From: Candidatus Tayloriibacteriota bacterium | GTDB taxonomy: Bacteria > Patescibacteriota > Minisyncoccia > Phycocordibacterales > PALSA-1337 | Length of the DNA stretch: 64,000 bases | Assembly: GCA_003151615.1 (NCBI GenBank) | Contig: PLXZ01000004.1 | Coordinates: forward strand, 173,285-237,284 | Direction: 5' to 3' | In this document: positions 28,535 to 38,615 of the stretch, piece by piece | Layout of the letters: every line of letters begins with the position of its first letter | Position numbering within the stretch: the stretch's first letter is position 1 | Notes under the pieces: generated by a model | The model's input: the letters and a program-made list of their open reading frames with translations, nothing else | What the model was told of the DNA's origin: nothing | Database searches by the model: none | Translations under genes and position numbers: made by a program

Positions 28535-29620
28535 ATGAGCAGTAATGCACTACTATCTTTATCAAAGACAAATAAAGTTTCGGAGCAAAATAAATTTGTG
28601 GCAGCTCAACCGATGCCAACAATTGATATTGAAAACAGGCGATATATCGGTAGCAAAGCAAAACTTTTAGATTGGATTTTTGATCACATAAAAAAAGAAT
28701 GCAAAGGAAATAGCTTCGCTGATATTTTTGCCGGTACAGGCGTTGTTTCCGCTAGGGCAGCGAGATCATTCAACAAGATTATCTTGAACGATATTTTGCA
28801 TTCGAACTTTGCTTCATATCAGGGATTTTTTGCGCAGGAAAAATATGATAGGGAAAAAATATTTAATTTTGTAGCACATTACAATTCTCTAGATGCTAAG
28901 GATATCAAGCATACATTTTTTTCAAAAGCATTTGGCGGAAAGTATTTCAATGTACCTGCGGCAAAACTTATAGGATACATTCGCGAAGACTTAAATAAGA
29001 GAAAATCAGAATTAAATAACAAAGAGTATCATATTTTGTTAACATCTTTGCTATATTCAGCTGACAAAATTGCGAATACCGTAGGACATTACGAGGCATA
29101 TTTTAAGAAAAGTATTTCAGATCGTAAATTTATTTTTAGACTAATCGAACCTTTGATCAAAGCGGGTAGAGTTTCTATTCACAGAGAGGACGCCAATGAA
29201 TTGGCAAAGAGCTTGAAAGCTGACATTGTTTACATTGATCCGCCTTATAATTCAAGACAGTATAGTCGCTTCTACCATGTCCTAGAAACACTCGCTCTTT
29301 GGGACAACCCCAAGCTTTTTGGTGTTGCACTTAAGAGGCCAGAGGAGAATATGAGCGAATATTGCAGAAACAATGCGGTCAATGCATTCGCTGATCTAAT
29401 TGGTAAACTAAATGCTAAGTATATTGTTGTTTCCTACAATAATACCTATAACTCAAAAAGCTCATCGTCGAGAAATAAGATCGAGCTTGAAGATATAAAG
29501 AGCATTTTGACCAGTAAGGGTAAGACAAAGATTTTCAAAAAAAGTCACCAATTCTTTAACGCAGGTAAGACAGACTTCAACGATCATCAGGAATGGCTTT
29601 TTATCACGGAAGTATTATGA
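28535..29620 (+). CDS. DNA adenine methyltransferase (D12 class)
   Basis: RYIGSK, DIFAGTGVV, DPPY; true start may be 28613. Confidence 0.9.
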   Translation: MSSNALLSLSKTNKVSEQNKFVAAQPMPTIDIENRRYIGSKAKLLDWIFDHIKKECKGNSFADIFAGTGVVSARAARSFNKIILNDILHSNFASYQGFFAQEKYDREKIFNFVAHYNSLDAKDIKHTFFSKAFGGKYFNVPAAKLIGYIREDLNKRKSELNNKEYHILLTSLLYSADKIANTVGHYEAYFKKSISDRKFIFRLIEPLIKAGRVSIHREDANELAKSLKADIVYIDPPYNSRQYSRFYHVLETLALWDNPKLFGVALKRPEENMSEYCRNNAVNAFADLIGKLNAKYIVVSYNNTYNSKSSSSRNKIELEDIKSILTSKGKTKIFKKSHQFFNAGKTDFNDHQEWLFITEVL

Positions 29621-30525
29621 AATCAGACACATCGATTAAAAGATCACCGTTTTTTTATGTCGGTGATAAGTTCAAACTAATAAAAGAGATAAAGCAATAT
29701 TTTCCAGAGAAAATAGATTCCTTTGCCGAACCTTTTTTGGGTGGAGGGAGTGTTTTTTTAAATGTGGATGCGAAAAAGCATTTTGTTAATGATATTGATA
29801 TTAATGTTATAAATCTTCACAAGTATTTAGCTAACTCCTCAAAAAAAGAAAAGGAGTTCTTCGGAAAAATTAAGAAAATCGTGCAAAGGTATAATCTCTC
29901 CCGATCATTTTTTGAGGACGTAGTCCCTCTTTCTTTGAGAAAAACATGGCTGAAGACATATTATGCCCACTTCAACAGAGACGGCTATAACAAAATGAAG
30001 AGTGAGTACAACAAGGTAAAAAAAGATACTCTAATTTTGTATCTGTTGCTCATATACGGTTTCAATAGGATGCTGAGGTTCAATAAGAAAGGCGAATTTA
30101 ATATTCCTGTTGGAAACGTTGATTTTAATCGGAATGTCGTGAATGCGCTTCATGATTATTTTGAAGCTATGAAAAGCAAAGATGTTGTTTTTTCTAGCAA
30201 GGATTTTAAGAAATTTATTTTAGACCTAAAGCTAAATAAAAATGACTTTGTGTATGTTGATCCACCATATTTAATCTCTGCAAGTGAGTACAACAAGCTT
30301 TGGAATGAAGATTTAGATCGAGAACTAATGAGTACTTTGGATATGTTGGATAAAAAAGACATAAGATTCGCTCTCTCCAATGTCACGGCATACAATGGTA
30401 AAAAGAACGAAAAATTGATATCTTGGATGAGTAAATACAAGGTTCATCCAATAAAGAGTAATTACATCAGCTATCACAACAATAAGAAAAAGCAAATAAA
30501 CGAAGTCCTGATCACAAATTATTAA
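29617..30525 (+). CDS. Dam-family DNA adenine methyltransferase
   Basis: YVGDK, EPFLGGGSV, DPPY. Confidence 0.9.
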   Translation: MKSDTSIKRSPFFYVGDKFKLIKEIKQYFPEKIDSFAEPFLGGGSVFLNVDAKKHFVNDIDINVINLHKYLANSSKKEKEFFGKIKKIVQRYNLSRSFFEDVVPLSLRKTWLKTYYAHFNRDGYNKMKSEYNKVKKDTLILYLLLIYGFNRMLRFNKKGEFNIPVGNVDFNRNVVNALHDYFEAMKSKDVVFSSKDFKKFILDLKLNKNDFVYVDPPYLISASEYNKLWNEDLDRELMSTLDMLDKKDIRFALSNVTAYNGKKNEKLISWMSKYKVHPIKSNYISYHNNKKKQINEVLITNY

Positions 30526-30526
30526 C

Positions 30527-32128
30527 ATGCCCACCTCACGAAACAACGAATATAAACCATTACTTTTTACGACGACTGTCAGAAATCCAAGTCGCCTAAA
30601 AGCGTTGTTGAGTGTACTTCACAAATTTAATAGCCAAGAGTTAACGAATGATCTCTCTGTGAAGATAATGGGTGAGTTAATTAGGTATGGATTATACAGA
30701 CCAACAAGAGCCGTGTCGTCAGAAATCGAAAAGAAGTGGGGATCAAAAAGAATAACAGATAACTCAACAATCGGTCTTCAGCTCCTTGCAGATGATGAGG
30801 TCGCCACGTTGCTCGACAAGAACCCACAAGCTCATAAAGAGGCAGGTTTTGATCGAGGTTGGCCATCACGATTTGCGACAGTGTTCGATTTAGCTAAGGA
30901 ACTTGGGTTTGTTTTTTATACAGTTGGTGAGAAGATTGAATTTTCCGAGATCGGGTCAAAGCTTGCAAACTCGATTGAAATAAAGATTCAAGAGGATAAT
31001 ATTTTAGTAGAAGATACTCACCCTGAATTTGAGCAGCAAGCTTTTCTGCATGCACTTGCCAAGTATCAAAGAAAAAATCCTTTCGTACGTGTTTTGAACG
31101 ATAATGCCCCGCTTATACTTTTGCTTGAGGTTATTCAGAAGATAAATGCTGACAACAATTTTAATGCATCTGGTATTTCTAAATTGGAGCTCCCGCTTTT
31201 TATTTACTGGAAGAATAATGATTCCGAAGCGCTTTATCAGAGAATAAAGAAGCTTCGTAATGATTTTGGCTATTCACCTACATGGGAAACGATATGTGAT
31301 ATTTGCAGAAACGAAATAATGCAGGGTGAGGACTCCACTAGGAAAGATAAATCAATCATGCTCGAGTATCCCGATGAATATATAAGGAAGATGCGTCTTA
31401 CCGGACTCATCTCTTTGAGAGGTGGTGGTAGATTCGTTGATATAAATAAAAATGAGCAAGAGAAGGTAGATTATATCCTCAAGGTATATTCAACTTATAA
31501 TAAATATCCCACCGAGCGAGAATATTTTAATTATGTCTCTACGATCGACGAGAACCTTGTCACTGTCGGCGCCAAGGCTGTAACGATTGAAGAGAAAGAT
31601 CGTTATCTTGAGAAATGGGTCAATGAATATTCATGGCCCAAAATTCGCGAGGAAATGACGAATCTTGCTGATAAGAAGCTTACCAAAGACGACGTTCTGA
31701 AATATCTTTCGAATCCAATAAGATTGGAGTTTCTTACTGCAATAGCAATAAAATCAAAGTTTCCGAATATTAAGGTCATCGCAAACTATCCCGTAGATGA
31801 CGAGGGTTTGCCTACATCGACAGCAGCCGGAGTCAACGATATGGGCGACATTGAGTGTTACGAAAATCATAATGGTGTTCTCGTTGAGGTGACAATGTCC
31901 GAGGGCCGATCGCAGACTATGATGGAAGTGTGGCCGATCACGCGTCATCTTGAGAAATTCAGCAAGAAGACAGAGGACGCCATGTGTTATTTTGTTGCCC
32001 CAAGCCTGTACACCGATTCAATAAGGCAAATAGACTATTCAAAACAACAGTACAATATTTCGATTGTACCAAAGACAATAAAAGATTTTTTGAATCACCT
32101 AGAAAGTACTCAAACACTCTATGTTTAA
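30527..32128 (+). CDS. AlwI-family type IIS restriction endonuclease
   Basis: FTTTVRNPSRLK N-terminus; GDIE...VEVTM PD-(D/E)xK-like end; two adjacent MTases as expected for an asymmetric site. Confidence 0.8.
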   Translation: MPTSRNNEYKPLLFTTTVRNPSRLKALLSVLHKFNSQELTNDLSVKIMGELIRYGLYRPTRAVSSEIEKKWGSKRITDNSTIGLQLLADDEVATLLDKNPQAHKEAGFDRGWPSRFATVFDLAKELGFVFYTVGEKIEFSEIGSKLANSIEIKIQEDNILVEDTHPEFEQQAFLHALAKYQRKNPFVRVLNDNAPLILLLEVIQKINADNNFNASGISKLELPLFIYWKNNDSEALYQRIKKLRNDFGYSPTWETICDICRNEIMQGEDSTRKDKSIMLEYPDEYIRKMRLTGLISLRGGGRFVDINKNEQEKVDYILKVYSTYNKYPTEREYFNYVSTIDENLVTVGAKAVTIEEKDRYLEKWVNEYSWPKIREEMTNLADKKLTKDDVLKYLSNPIRLEFLTAIAIKSKFPNIKVIANYPVDDEGLPTSTAAGVNDMGDIECYENHNGVLVEVTMSEGRSQTMMEVWPITRHLEKFSKKTEDAMCYFVAPSLYTDSIRQIDYSKQQYNISIVPKTIKDFLNHLESTQTLYV

Positions 32129-32207
32129 TCATAAACTCGGATGCTACTTAATTTTATTGACCACATAAACAGGAAGTTCTTGAGCTGGAAGGTATAATAA
32201 TAAAAAA

Positions 32208-32654
32208 ATGACAAAAGCCGCAGACATGCTCGCAAATATGATGAAAGACCAAAACATCCAACCGCTTACACCGGCAATCATTCCTGTAGTTAAGAGTGCG
32301 ATTATTCCGACACAACCGCCAAAGAAGAAAAGAGGACGCCCAACAGCAATTACCCCAGACGTTTGTCGGAAAATAGAGGAGGTAGCAGCACTCGGCGGAA
32401 CTATCGAAGAAATGGCTATATATGGGGATATTCACAGAGATACGCTCTATGCTTACCTCAAACAAAATCCGGAGTTTTCCGACAGAATAGGAGCATTGCG
32501 TCAGAGACCCATTCTCAAGGCTCGTATTACTGTAATAAACAGCTTAAGTGAGCCACATCATGCCCAGTGGTATCTTGAACGCAAGGCACGCAAGGAATTT
32601 TCGCTGAAAGGAGAGGAGGATCCCACGATAAGGGTATTACAAATAGATATTTAA
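32208..32654 (+). CDS. Terminase small subunit-like HTH protein
   Basis: GRPT...IHRDTLYAYLKQNPEF...AQWYLERK. Confidence 0.6.
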   Translation: MTKAADMLANMMKDQNIQPLTPAIIPVVKSAIIPTQPPKKKRGRPTAITPDVCRKIEEVAALGGTIEEMAIYGDIHRDTLYAYLKQNPEFSDRIGALRQRPILKARITVINSLSEPHHAQWYLERKARKEFSLKGEEDPTIRVLQIDI

Positions 32655-32697
32655 AAAAGAGCTGAACAAATGCAGGACTATATGATATCCTTAGCGC

Positions 32698-33108
32698 ATG
32701 ATAAAAACTGAAAGCGCCGGCGGTGTCGTAAAAAACAAGGAAGGAAAAATCCTAGTTGTCAGCCAAAGGGGGACTTCATGGTCTTTGCCCAAAGGTCATA
32801 TAGAGCCGGGAGAAAATGCTCGAGAGGCTTCAAAAAGAGAAATTGAGGAAGAATCGGGGTTAACGAATATCACTTTCATCAAAGAACTGGGTACCTACTC
32901 CAGATTTAAAATAGCGAAGGACGGGGGTGAAGATACTTCTGAAAAAAAGACGTTGCATATCTTTCTGTATGAGACGGATCAAGATAAACTCAAACCAATT
33001 GATCCTGATAACCCTGAAGCTCGCTGGGTTGAACCAAATAAGGTTGCCGATTTACTGACACATCCGAAAGACAAAGAGTTTTTTATAAAGATTTTACCGA
33101 CCATATGA
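32698..33108 (+). CDS. NUDIX hydrolase
   Basis: PKGHIEPGENAREASKREIEEESG Nudix box. Confidence 0.9.
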   Translation: MIKTESAGGVVKNKEGKILVVSQRGTSWSLPKGHIEPGENAREASKREIEEESGLTNITFIKELGTYSRFKIAKDGGEDTSEKKTLHIFLYETDQDKLKPIDPDNPEARWVEPNKVADLLTHPKDKEFFIKILPTI

Positions 33109-33413
33109 ACAAAAAAGTCATAGTCTATGTTCCACTCTCCCACGCTGACAAGGTTCGTGAAGCTATTGCTCAAGTTGGTGGTGGAAGACTTGGTAAATAT
33201 ACCCACTGTTCATTTTCAACGAAAGGAATAGGGCGATTTAGACCCGAAAAAGGTGCGAATCCCCACATCGGTAAAGTAGGGATAATAGAAAGCGTTGAGG
33301 AAGAAAGGATCGAGGTAACATGTGTCGCTAACATTATCAATGCCGTCATTGCAGCTATCAAAAAAGTTCATCCATATGAAGAGATTCCAATTGACGTATA
33401 TAATTTAGAATAA
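33105..33413 (+). CDS. YqfO/NIF3 PII-like domain protein
   Basis: YVP...GKYTHCSF...GRFRP...HPYEE. Confidence 0.85.
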   Translation: MNKKVIVYVPLSHADKVREAIAQVGGGRLGKYTHCSFSTKGIGRFRPEKGANPHIGKVGIIESVEEERIEVTCVANIINAVIAAIKKVHPYEEIPIDVYNLE

Positions 33414-33415
33414 TT

Positions 33416-33592
33416 ATGTCAGAAACCATTTTTATGACAAATGAAGAGTTGATAGAAAAATATAAAAGTCTACACCGAGAAAAAACAGGTATGGAATTGT
33501 CAGACGAGGAGGCTTTTTCTCAGGCCATGAATCTTGTTGCGTTAGTTAAAGATGTCTATAAACCCATTCCTTCCAATTTTATGAATCTATAA
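33416..33592 (+). CDS. 58-aa protein (not in the ORF track), similar in pattern to 41551-41718
   Basis: EELIEKYKSLHREKTGMELSDEEAFSQAMNLVALVKDVYKPI. Confidence 0.6.
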   Translation: MSETIFMTNEELIEKYKSLHREKTGMELSDEEAFSQAMNLVALVKDVYKPIPSNFMNL

Positions 33593-33628
33593 AAAATCTA
33601 ATCCTTTTTTTTGAAAAGTACGAAACAG

Positions 33629-33934
33629 CTAAGGTCTTTGAAACCACGCCACTATCCATCCGATTATGAAACCGATAAGTCCGTAGCAAGCTAAGGTAAT
33701 CCCATACACTGTGCCTGGTTTGTTAAAATCGAAACCTCCTTCGGGTGGCGAATTGTGCCCTGCCCAAGCTAGTCCTGCAATTATCATTATTACAGAAAAG
33801 AAAATAATCCATTTGCCAGTTTTTCGAACAGGGGAGCCGTGTACGGTTATGTGCTTCGTTCCTCCAATGCCAAACCAAGCAACGATAACTGCGACGATAA
33901 TACCCCCTGTGACCGTGATCAATAACTGAGTCAT
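33629..33934 (-). CDS. Small three-helix membrane protein
   Basis: Three hydrophobic segments. Confidence 0.6.
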   Translation of the reverse strand: MTQLLITVTGGIIVAVIVAWFGIGGTKHITVHGSPVRKTGKWIIFFSVIMIIAGLAWAGHNSPPEGGFDFNKPGTVYGITLACYGLIGFIIGWIVAWFQRP

Positions 33935-34077
33935 AATAAACTACTCTATTCCTTAATATCAGCAAAGTAAAGTAGGTTACCCGCGTGATAAGTGTTTTCT
34001 CAACTCATCAATAAAATAACGCATTTCCTGACCTCCAAAAGCGCTAAATGTCCATAAATGTTAAAATAGCTTTTCTC

Positions 34078-37000
34078 ATGAACGACGAAACGCCCAATGC
34101 AATACCACCAGATAAATTTAAGTTTGACGATCCCCGTCAGAATACAATTTTCGATTACCTGAAAAGACTGGTCGGTGAGGGTGCGGCATCTTTCTATAAA
34201 GATGCTTGCCGTCACATGGTGACAAAGCCTCCTTTTGAGACTACGACGCATATCATTAGCCATCTTTTGCGCGAAGTCGAAAGCGCCCTTCGAGCCGTAC
34301 TCGAAGGGATAACTGAGCCAGCCCCTACCGGAGAAGGTAGGCACAAAAAGCAGATACAAATAATCCTGAAAGCCCTTGATATTCCTGAAAATGAACTGGT
34401 TGGTAGGGCTTGGTTGGAGTTGCCGGGAGATAACGGTTTCCAAGACACGGCTCACAGAAATAATCTTGATGCCGCGCGTCCAATGGACAACGATTTCAAG
34501 ACCAGATGGGATAATTTCAATTTGATTCTGCTATCCGTCCTAGGAAAATTCGAGACTCAATATACGAAAGTTTTTGTGACACTCAATGAGCTTGCGAAAA
34601 AGACAATGCCCGTGCAAGCAGACGTCAATACTTTAAAATTGCACATCCCAAATAATCGAGCGGCTCACGAACATTTTTTCAAAAAGATAGATTCACCCCT
34701 GTGGTTACCATTACTTAATGACGCGGGATTTTTTGCATCACCGCCCGCGCCCGAAAAAGATATAGAGAATAACAGTGTCCGCTACCCAGCTTGGCCGGTG
34801 CTTATCTATCTCGGAAAAGTCGCCACGGCATCACCAGATTTGGTGACTCAGATTCTGTCAGGTATTCCAGAAACAGAAAATGGTACTGTGAAAGCTGGGT
34901 TGATCGAGATAACGACCCTTTTGCCAAAAGAAAAGAAACTGGAGCTGATTCTGTGTGTAAAAAAATGGATGAATGCTGACAATCAATTCTTCAGCTCAAT
35001 AAAATCCATCGAACTCATAAAATCATTAGCAACTGATAAGGAGATAGATTCAGCCTTTACGTTGTCACGTGAGCTCCTGGAGTTTATTCCTGATCCTACA
35101 GTTCCCAAACCGATCGAGGGAACTGACTGGATACCTTCACGTGAGCCAAGGACAATTATAGATAAATGGCAGTACGCAAGGTTTCTACAAGATGATTTTC
35201 CGGCCATTGCACAGCAAGATCCTTTAAAGGCTCTTGGGCTTCTTTGTGACATGCTTACACGGTTCTACGATCTGAGCCATACCGGAAAGGCGGAGGAACC
35301 TCTTGAGGATTACTCTTACATCAGCCGACCGTTGATTGAGACATCGGATCATCTCCATCGCGATGATATCGATGATTCTTTGATGGAAGCGATACTGAGC
35401 GTATCAATCAATGGGATCAAAGAGGACTCTGCTTTTCTGGAAAAAAGTATCTCCAAACTGAAAAAACAAAAGTGGCCTGTGTTCACTCGCATTATCCTGT
35501 ACCTCTTGAGCAAGCATCCGATCATAAATCCGGACCTCACGATTAACTATGTATTAACTACTGAGTTTTTGGATAATCAAAACTATGGCCATGAGTACCC
35601 CTTACTGCTGAATAATGGCTTCAATTTACTTAGTTCTGAGCAGAAGAAAGTGATATTTGACCTGATTGAAAAAGCAGAGCTGATAAAAGAGCGCATTGAA
35701 ACGCGACCGGACCCAGTATCTGCGGAAAACGCAGACAAGATAGTGAAGGGCTGGCAACGTGACAAACTATCAATCATCGCAACTCATCTTGAGGGTGATC
35801 GAAAGAAGGGTTATGAAACACTGGTCGCTGATATGGGCAAAGCAGAGGATGAAGAAGTTCGACACAAGCGTTCGGGAGTTTTCGTTGGACCTGTAAGTGA
35901 TGTGGATGCTGAACGGATAAGCAAGATGACTCTTAATGAATTTATTGGGCTTCTGAAAACATGGCAACCAAAGAAGGGTGATTTCGGTTTCGGTCCCAGC
36001 AAGGAAGGACTTGGACGGGAGATCAGTGCCGCAGTCAAAAAAGAACCTGCTCAATTTTCCACTTACGCTATATCTCTCGTCGGTTTTGATCCAACATACG
36101 TCCGTAATTATCTTCAGGCATTTTCTGAAATCACACAGAATAATATTCTGTTCGAATGGAAAGCGATAGTCGATCTGGGCGTGTGGATATCAGAGCAACC
36201 TCGTGAGATTCCAGGAAGAATAGTTGGCCACGTATTCGACGAGGATGTTGATTGGGGTTGGACGAGGAGAGCTCTGATAACTTTGATTTCAAATGGCCTG
36301 AACAATAACTCGATTCCGTATGAGCTACACGAAAAAGTGTGGAAAATTATTGAAATCCTTACCGACGATCCTAATCCGACGTCGGAGCAAGAGCTGACCA
36401 GAGAAGGAACACTGACAGAAGATGCCTATGGACTCACGATCAATACCGTCCGTGGTGAGGCAATGACCGCTGTCGTTGAGTACGGATTATGGATCACTCG
36501 GTTGATAGATAAGTTGCCTGAAAACAAGAAGCCGACTCTAAAAGGGTTTGCCCTCCTGCCAAAGATCCAGTCCATTCTCGAAAAGCATTTAACAAACGAT
36601 CCGTCCATAGCTGTCCGCGCCGTATATGGACGCTATTTCCCATGGATTCTATACCTAGGAAACGATTGGACTCTCGCACACGTCAAAGATATTTTCCCGC
36701 CTGGTGGATTTAATACCCCTCTGTATGACGCGGCATGGGAAACGTATGTCACCTATGTCTCCGTCTACAATGATGTATTCGAGGTCCTCCGCGATCAATA
36801 CATGGAAGCGGTAAAAAACATCGGGACAGCAACAAAAAAGAAAAGCCATATAGATAGGGACAATAGTCTTGTTGGGCACCTCATGACCATGTTCTGGAGG
36901 GGTAAATTGGCCATCGGGGACATTCTATTTACCACCTTCTGGAAAACAGCGGATGCTGATACGAGAGGTCATGCAATGGATTTCATCGGTCGCAGTCTAC

Positions 37001-37494
37001 ACAACATGACAGAGCCACTAGAACCTGAGGAAACTGGACTATTGAAATCTCTTTGGAAATATAGAATCGAGGAAGCGGAAGCGGCGCAAGACAGAACGTC
37101 TTATCAAAAAGAGATGGACGCTTTTGGATGGTGGTTCGAAAGTGGAAAGTTTGATGAAGATTGGGCGATCAAAGAGTTTCTGAGGAGTCTCGATATAGCT
37201 AAAGGTATGAGATCAGATTACTTCGTCATCGACCGCTTGGTCATTCTGGTTGAGAGCAGACCGCTGGAGGCTCTTCAGATTCTCGAAAAGTTAATCCAGT
37301 CCGACAGACCCCAGTGGTTTATATTCGGAAATGAAAGCGATATCAGAACGATATTCACTCGAGCTCTTCATTCTCCCGAGGCAACAGCACAGAAAATGGC
37401 AACGGACCTGATCAACAGACTCGTCGCCAAGGGTTATAGTTCTTATAGTGATTTACTGTTACCTCCTCCAATTAGCCAGATTGTTATGGACTAA
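34078..37494 (+). CDS. Large alpha-helical hypothetical protein (candidate defence protein)
   Basis: ~1140-aa ORF; N-terminal HLLREVESALR...AH segment, helical-repeat-like remainder. Confidence 0.65.
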   Translation: MNDETPNAIPPDKFKFDDPRQNTIFDYLKRLVGEGAASFYKDACRHMVTKPPFETTTHIISHLLREVESALRAVLEGITEPAPTGEGRHKKQIQIILKALDIPENELVGRAWLELPGDNGFQDTAHRNNLDAARPMDNDFKTRWDNFNLILLSVLGKFETQYTKVFVTLNELAKKTMPVQADVNTLKLHIPNNRAAHEHFFKKIDSPLWLPLLNDAGFFASPPAPEKDIENNSVRYPAWPVLIYLGKVATASPDLVTQILSGIPETENGTVKAGLIEITTLLPKEKKLELILCVKKWMNADNQFFSSIKSIELIKSLATDKEIDSAFTLSRELLEFIPDPTVPKPIEGTDWIPSREPRTIIDKWQYARFLQDDFPAIAQQDPLKALGLLCDMLTRFYDLSHTGKAEEPLEDYSYISRPLIETSDHLHRDDIDDSLMEAILSVSINGIKEDSAFLEKSISKLKKQKWPVFTRIILYLLSKHPIINPDLTINYVLTTEFLDNQNYGHEYPLLLNNGFNLLSSEQKKVIFDLIEKAELIKERIETRPDPVSAENADKIVKGWQRDKLSIIATHLEGDRKKGYETLVADMGKAEDEEVRHKRSGVFVGPVSDVDAERISKMTLNEFIGLLKTWQPKKGDFGFGPSKEGLGREISAAVKKEPAQFSTYAISLVGFDPTYVRNYLQAFSEITQNNILFEWKAIVDLGVWISEQPREIPGRIVGHVFDEDVDWGWTRRALITLISNGLNNNSIPYELHEKVWKIIEILTDDPNPTSEQELTREGTLTEDAYGLTINTVRGEAMTAVVEYGLWITRLIDKLPENKKPTLKGFALLPKIQSILEKHLTNDPSIAVRAVYGRYFPWILYLGNDWTLAHVKDIFPPGGFNTPLYDAAWETYVTYVSVYNDVFEVLRDQYMEAVKNIGTATKKKSHIDRDNSLVGHLMTMFWRGKLAIGDILFTTFWKTADADTRGHAMDFIGRSLHNMTEPLEPEETGLLKSLWKYRIEEAEAAQDRTSYQKEMDAFGWWFESGKFDEDWAIKEFLRSLDIAKGMRSDYFVIDRLVILVESRPLEALQILEKLIQSDRPQWFIFGNESDIRTIFTRALHSPEATAQKMATDLINRLVAKGYSSYSDLLLPPPISQIVMD

Positions 37495-38308
37495 TTCCTA
37501 CGGATATATCAGTGATCAGTTTATTCTTGAAGTTAGAGAAGCAGTTGAAAAAGTGCGATGCAGTAAGGAAATATAGAGTAAAGTAGGCTTTCGTCTGACT
37601 GGCGGGCATGTTATCAATAAAATCAAAATTGCTATAATTCAGCCGTAACCGCATTTGATAAAAAAAGTCGAAAATTGAAACCGTCAGCGACTGTTTAAAG
37701 CTTTCCACCCGTTGTCGATTTCTGATTGTCCTTACTTCTGTGATGCCATGGGACAATTTCCAACTAGCAATCTTCTCGTTGGCAACCTTCTTCATTATCA
37801 ATTTGTAAACTACATCGTCCTCGGTGTTTCCTCTCAAGTTTGCGCCGGAGGTACTCCGAAAATTAAGGATAGACTTATCGAATACTTGATTAAAGAGAGG
37901 TTGGCTAAATTGAAGCGATCCGCTTGATAGTAATCCAGTGAAATGTTTTACGCAGTCTACGTGTTTTGCTCTGAGCTGCGATGTCTTGCCTGTCATGAGA
38001 CAGTCAATGACGCATAGCAGGTGATAGGCAAGGTAATAGGATTTGATAGGCAACCACAAAACGGCTGCGGTCGAGTATTCTTCATCCATTTGTACGATAC
38101 CACACTCGTCGTCGATTGATTTTTTCGTCAGCTCAATTAAACGTACCTTGTCTCTGATTGCAGGAAGCTCTGTTGGTGTGAGTAGTGCATTTGATGTAGA
38201 TGAAATTGATACGCCACGTGCAAGTTTTGCGAGGAGGGATATATATTTCAGATGCGTAGAAAAGTCCGGTCTGTTTAAGGGGGAGAATGGAGATTGTGTG
38301 AATAGCAT
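37484..38308 (-). CDS. Hypothetical protein, HEPN-like
   Basis: IKSYYLAYH and late R..NY motifs. Confidence 0.5.
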   Translation of the reverse strand: MLFTQSPFSPLNRPDFSTHLKYISLLAKLARGVSISSTSNALLTPTELPAIRDKVRLIELTKKSIDDECGIVQMDEEYSTAAVLWLPIKSYYLAYHLLCVIDCLMTGKTSQLRAKHVDCVKHFTGLLSSGSLQFSQPLFNQVFDKSILNFRSTSGANLRGNTEDDVVYKLIMKKVANEKIASWKLSHGITEVRTIRNRQRVESFKQSLTVSIFDFFYQMRLRLNYSNFDFIDNMPASQTKAYFTLYFLTASHFFNCFSNFKNKLITDISVGISP

Positions 38309-38431
38309 ATACCCACTTTATTCCTCGTTAAGAAGAAAGTAAAGAAAGAAAGCGAGTAACAATACACTCTTTTGAGTGTATGTGGACTGATTTCAAATAG
38401 ATGGTATCATGTTGGTTACAATTGAATATTA

Positions 38432-38577
38432 AAGTAGCCTAAACCCTCGAGTAATCGGTGGCATGGTGAAAAGTCCCGTCGGAGCCAAAGAACCCATCAT
38501 ATGGGGTCGCTCTGACGGGCCGTATCGGGAAACTGATATGAGCAACTTCGGTTGCTACCCATGTGGTGGGCTTTTTG
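38432..38577 (+). ncRNA. Unrecognised structured RNA, copy 2
   Basis: See copy 1; GAAA and UUCG tetraloops; TGGACT...TGgTATCAT promoter upstream. Confidence 0.75.
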
Positions 38578-38615
38578 CTACCACTCATGGAATATTTACG
38601 CCCTAAAATATTCGC

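Noticed and set aside
38460-38560. Hammerhead ribozyme (CTGAT...GA and GAAA...GTC words)
   Set aside because: The core reads CUGAUAUGA rather than CUGANGA, is tied up in a stem, and there is no stem III between GAAA and GUC.
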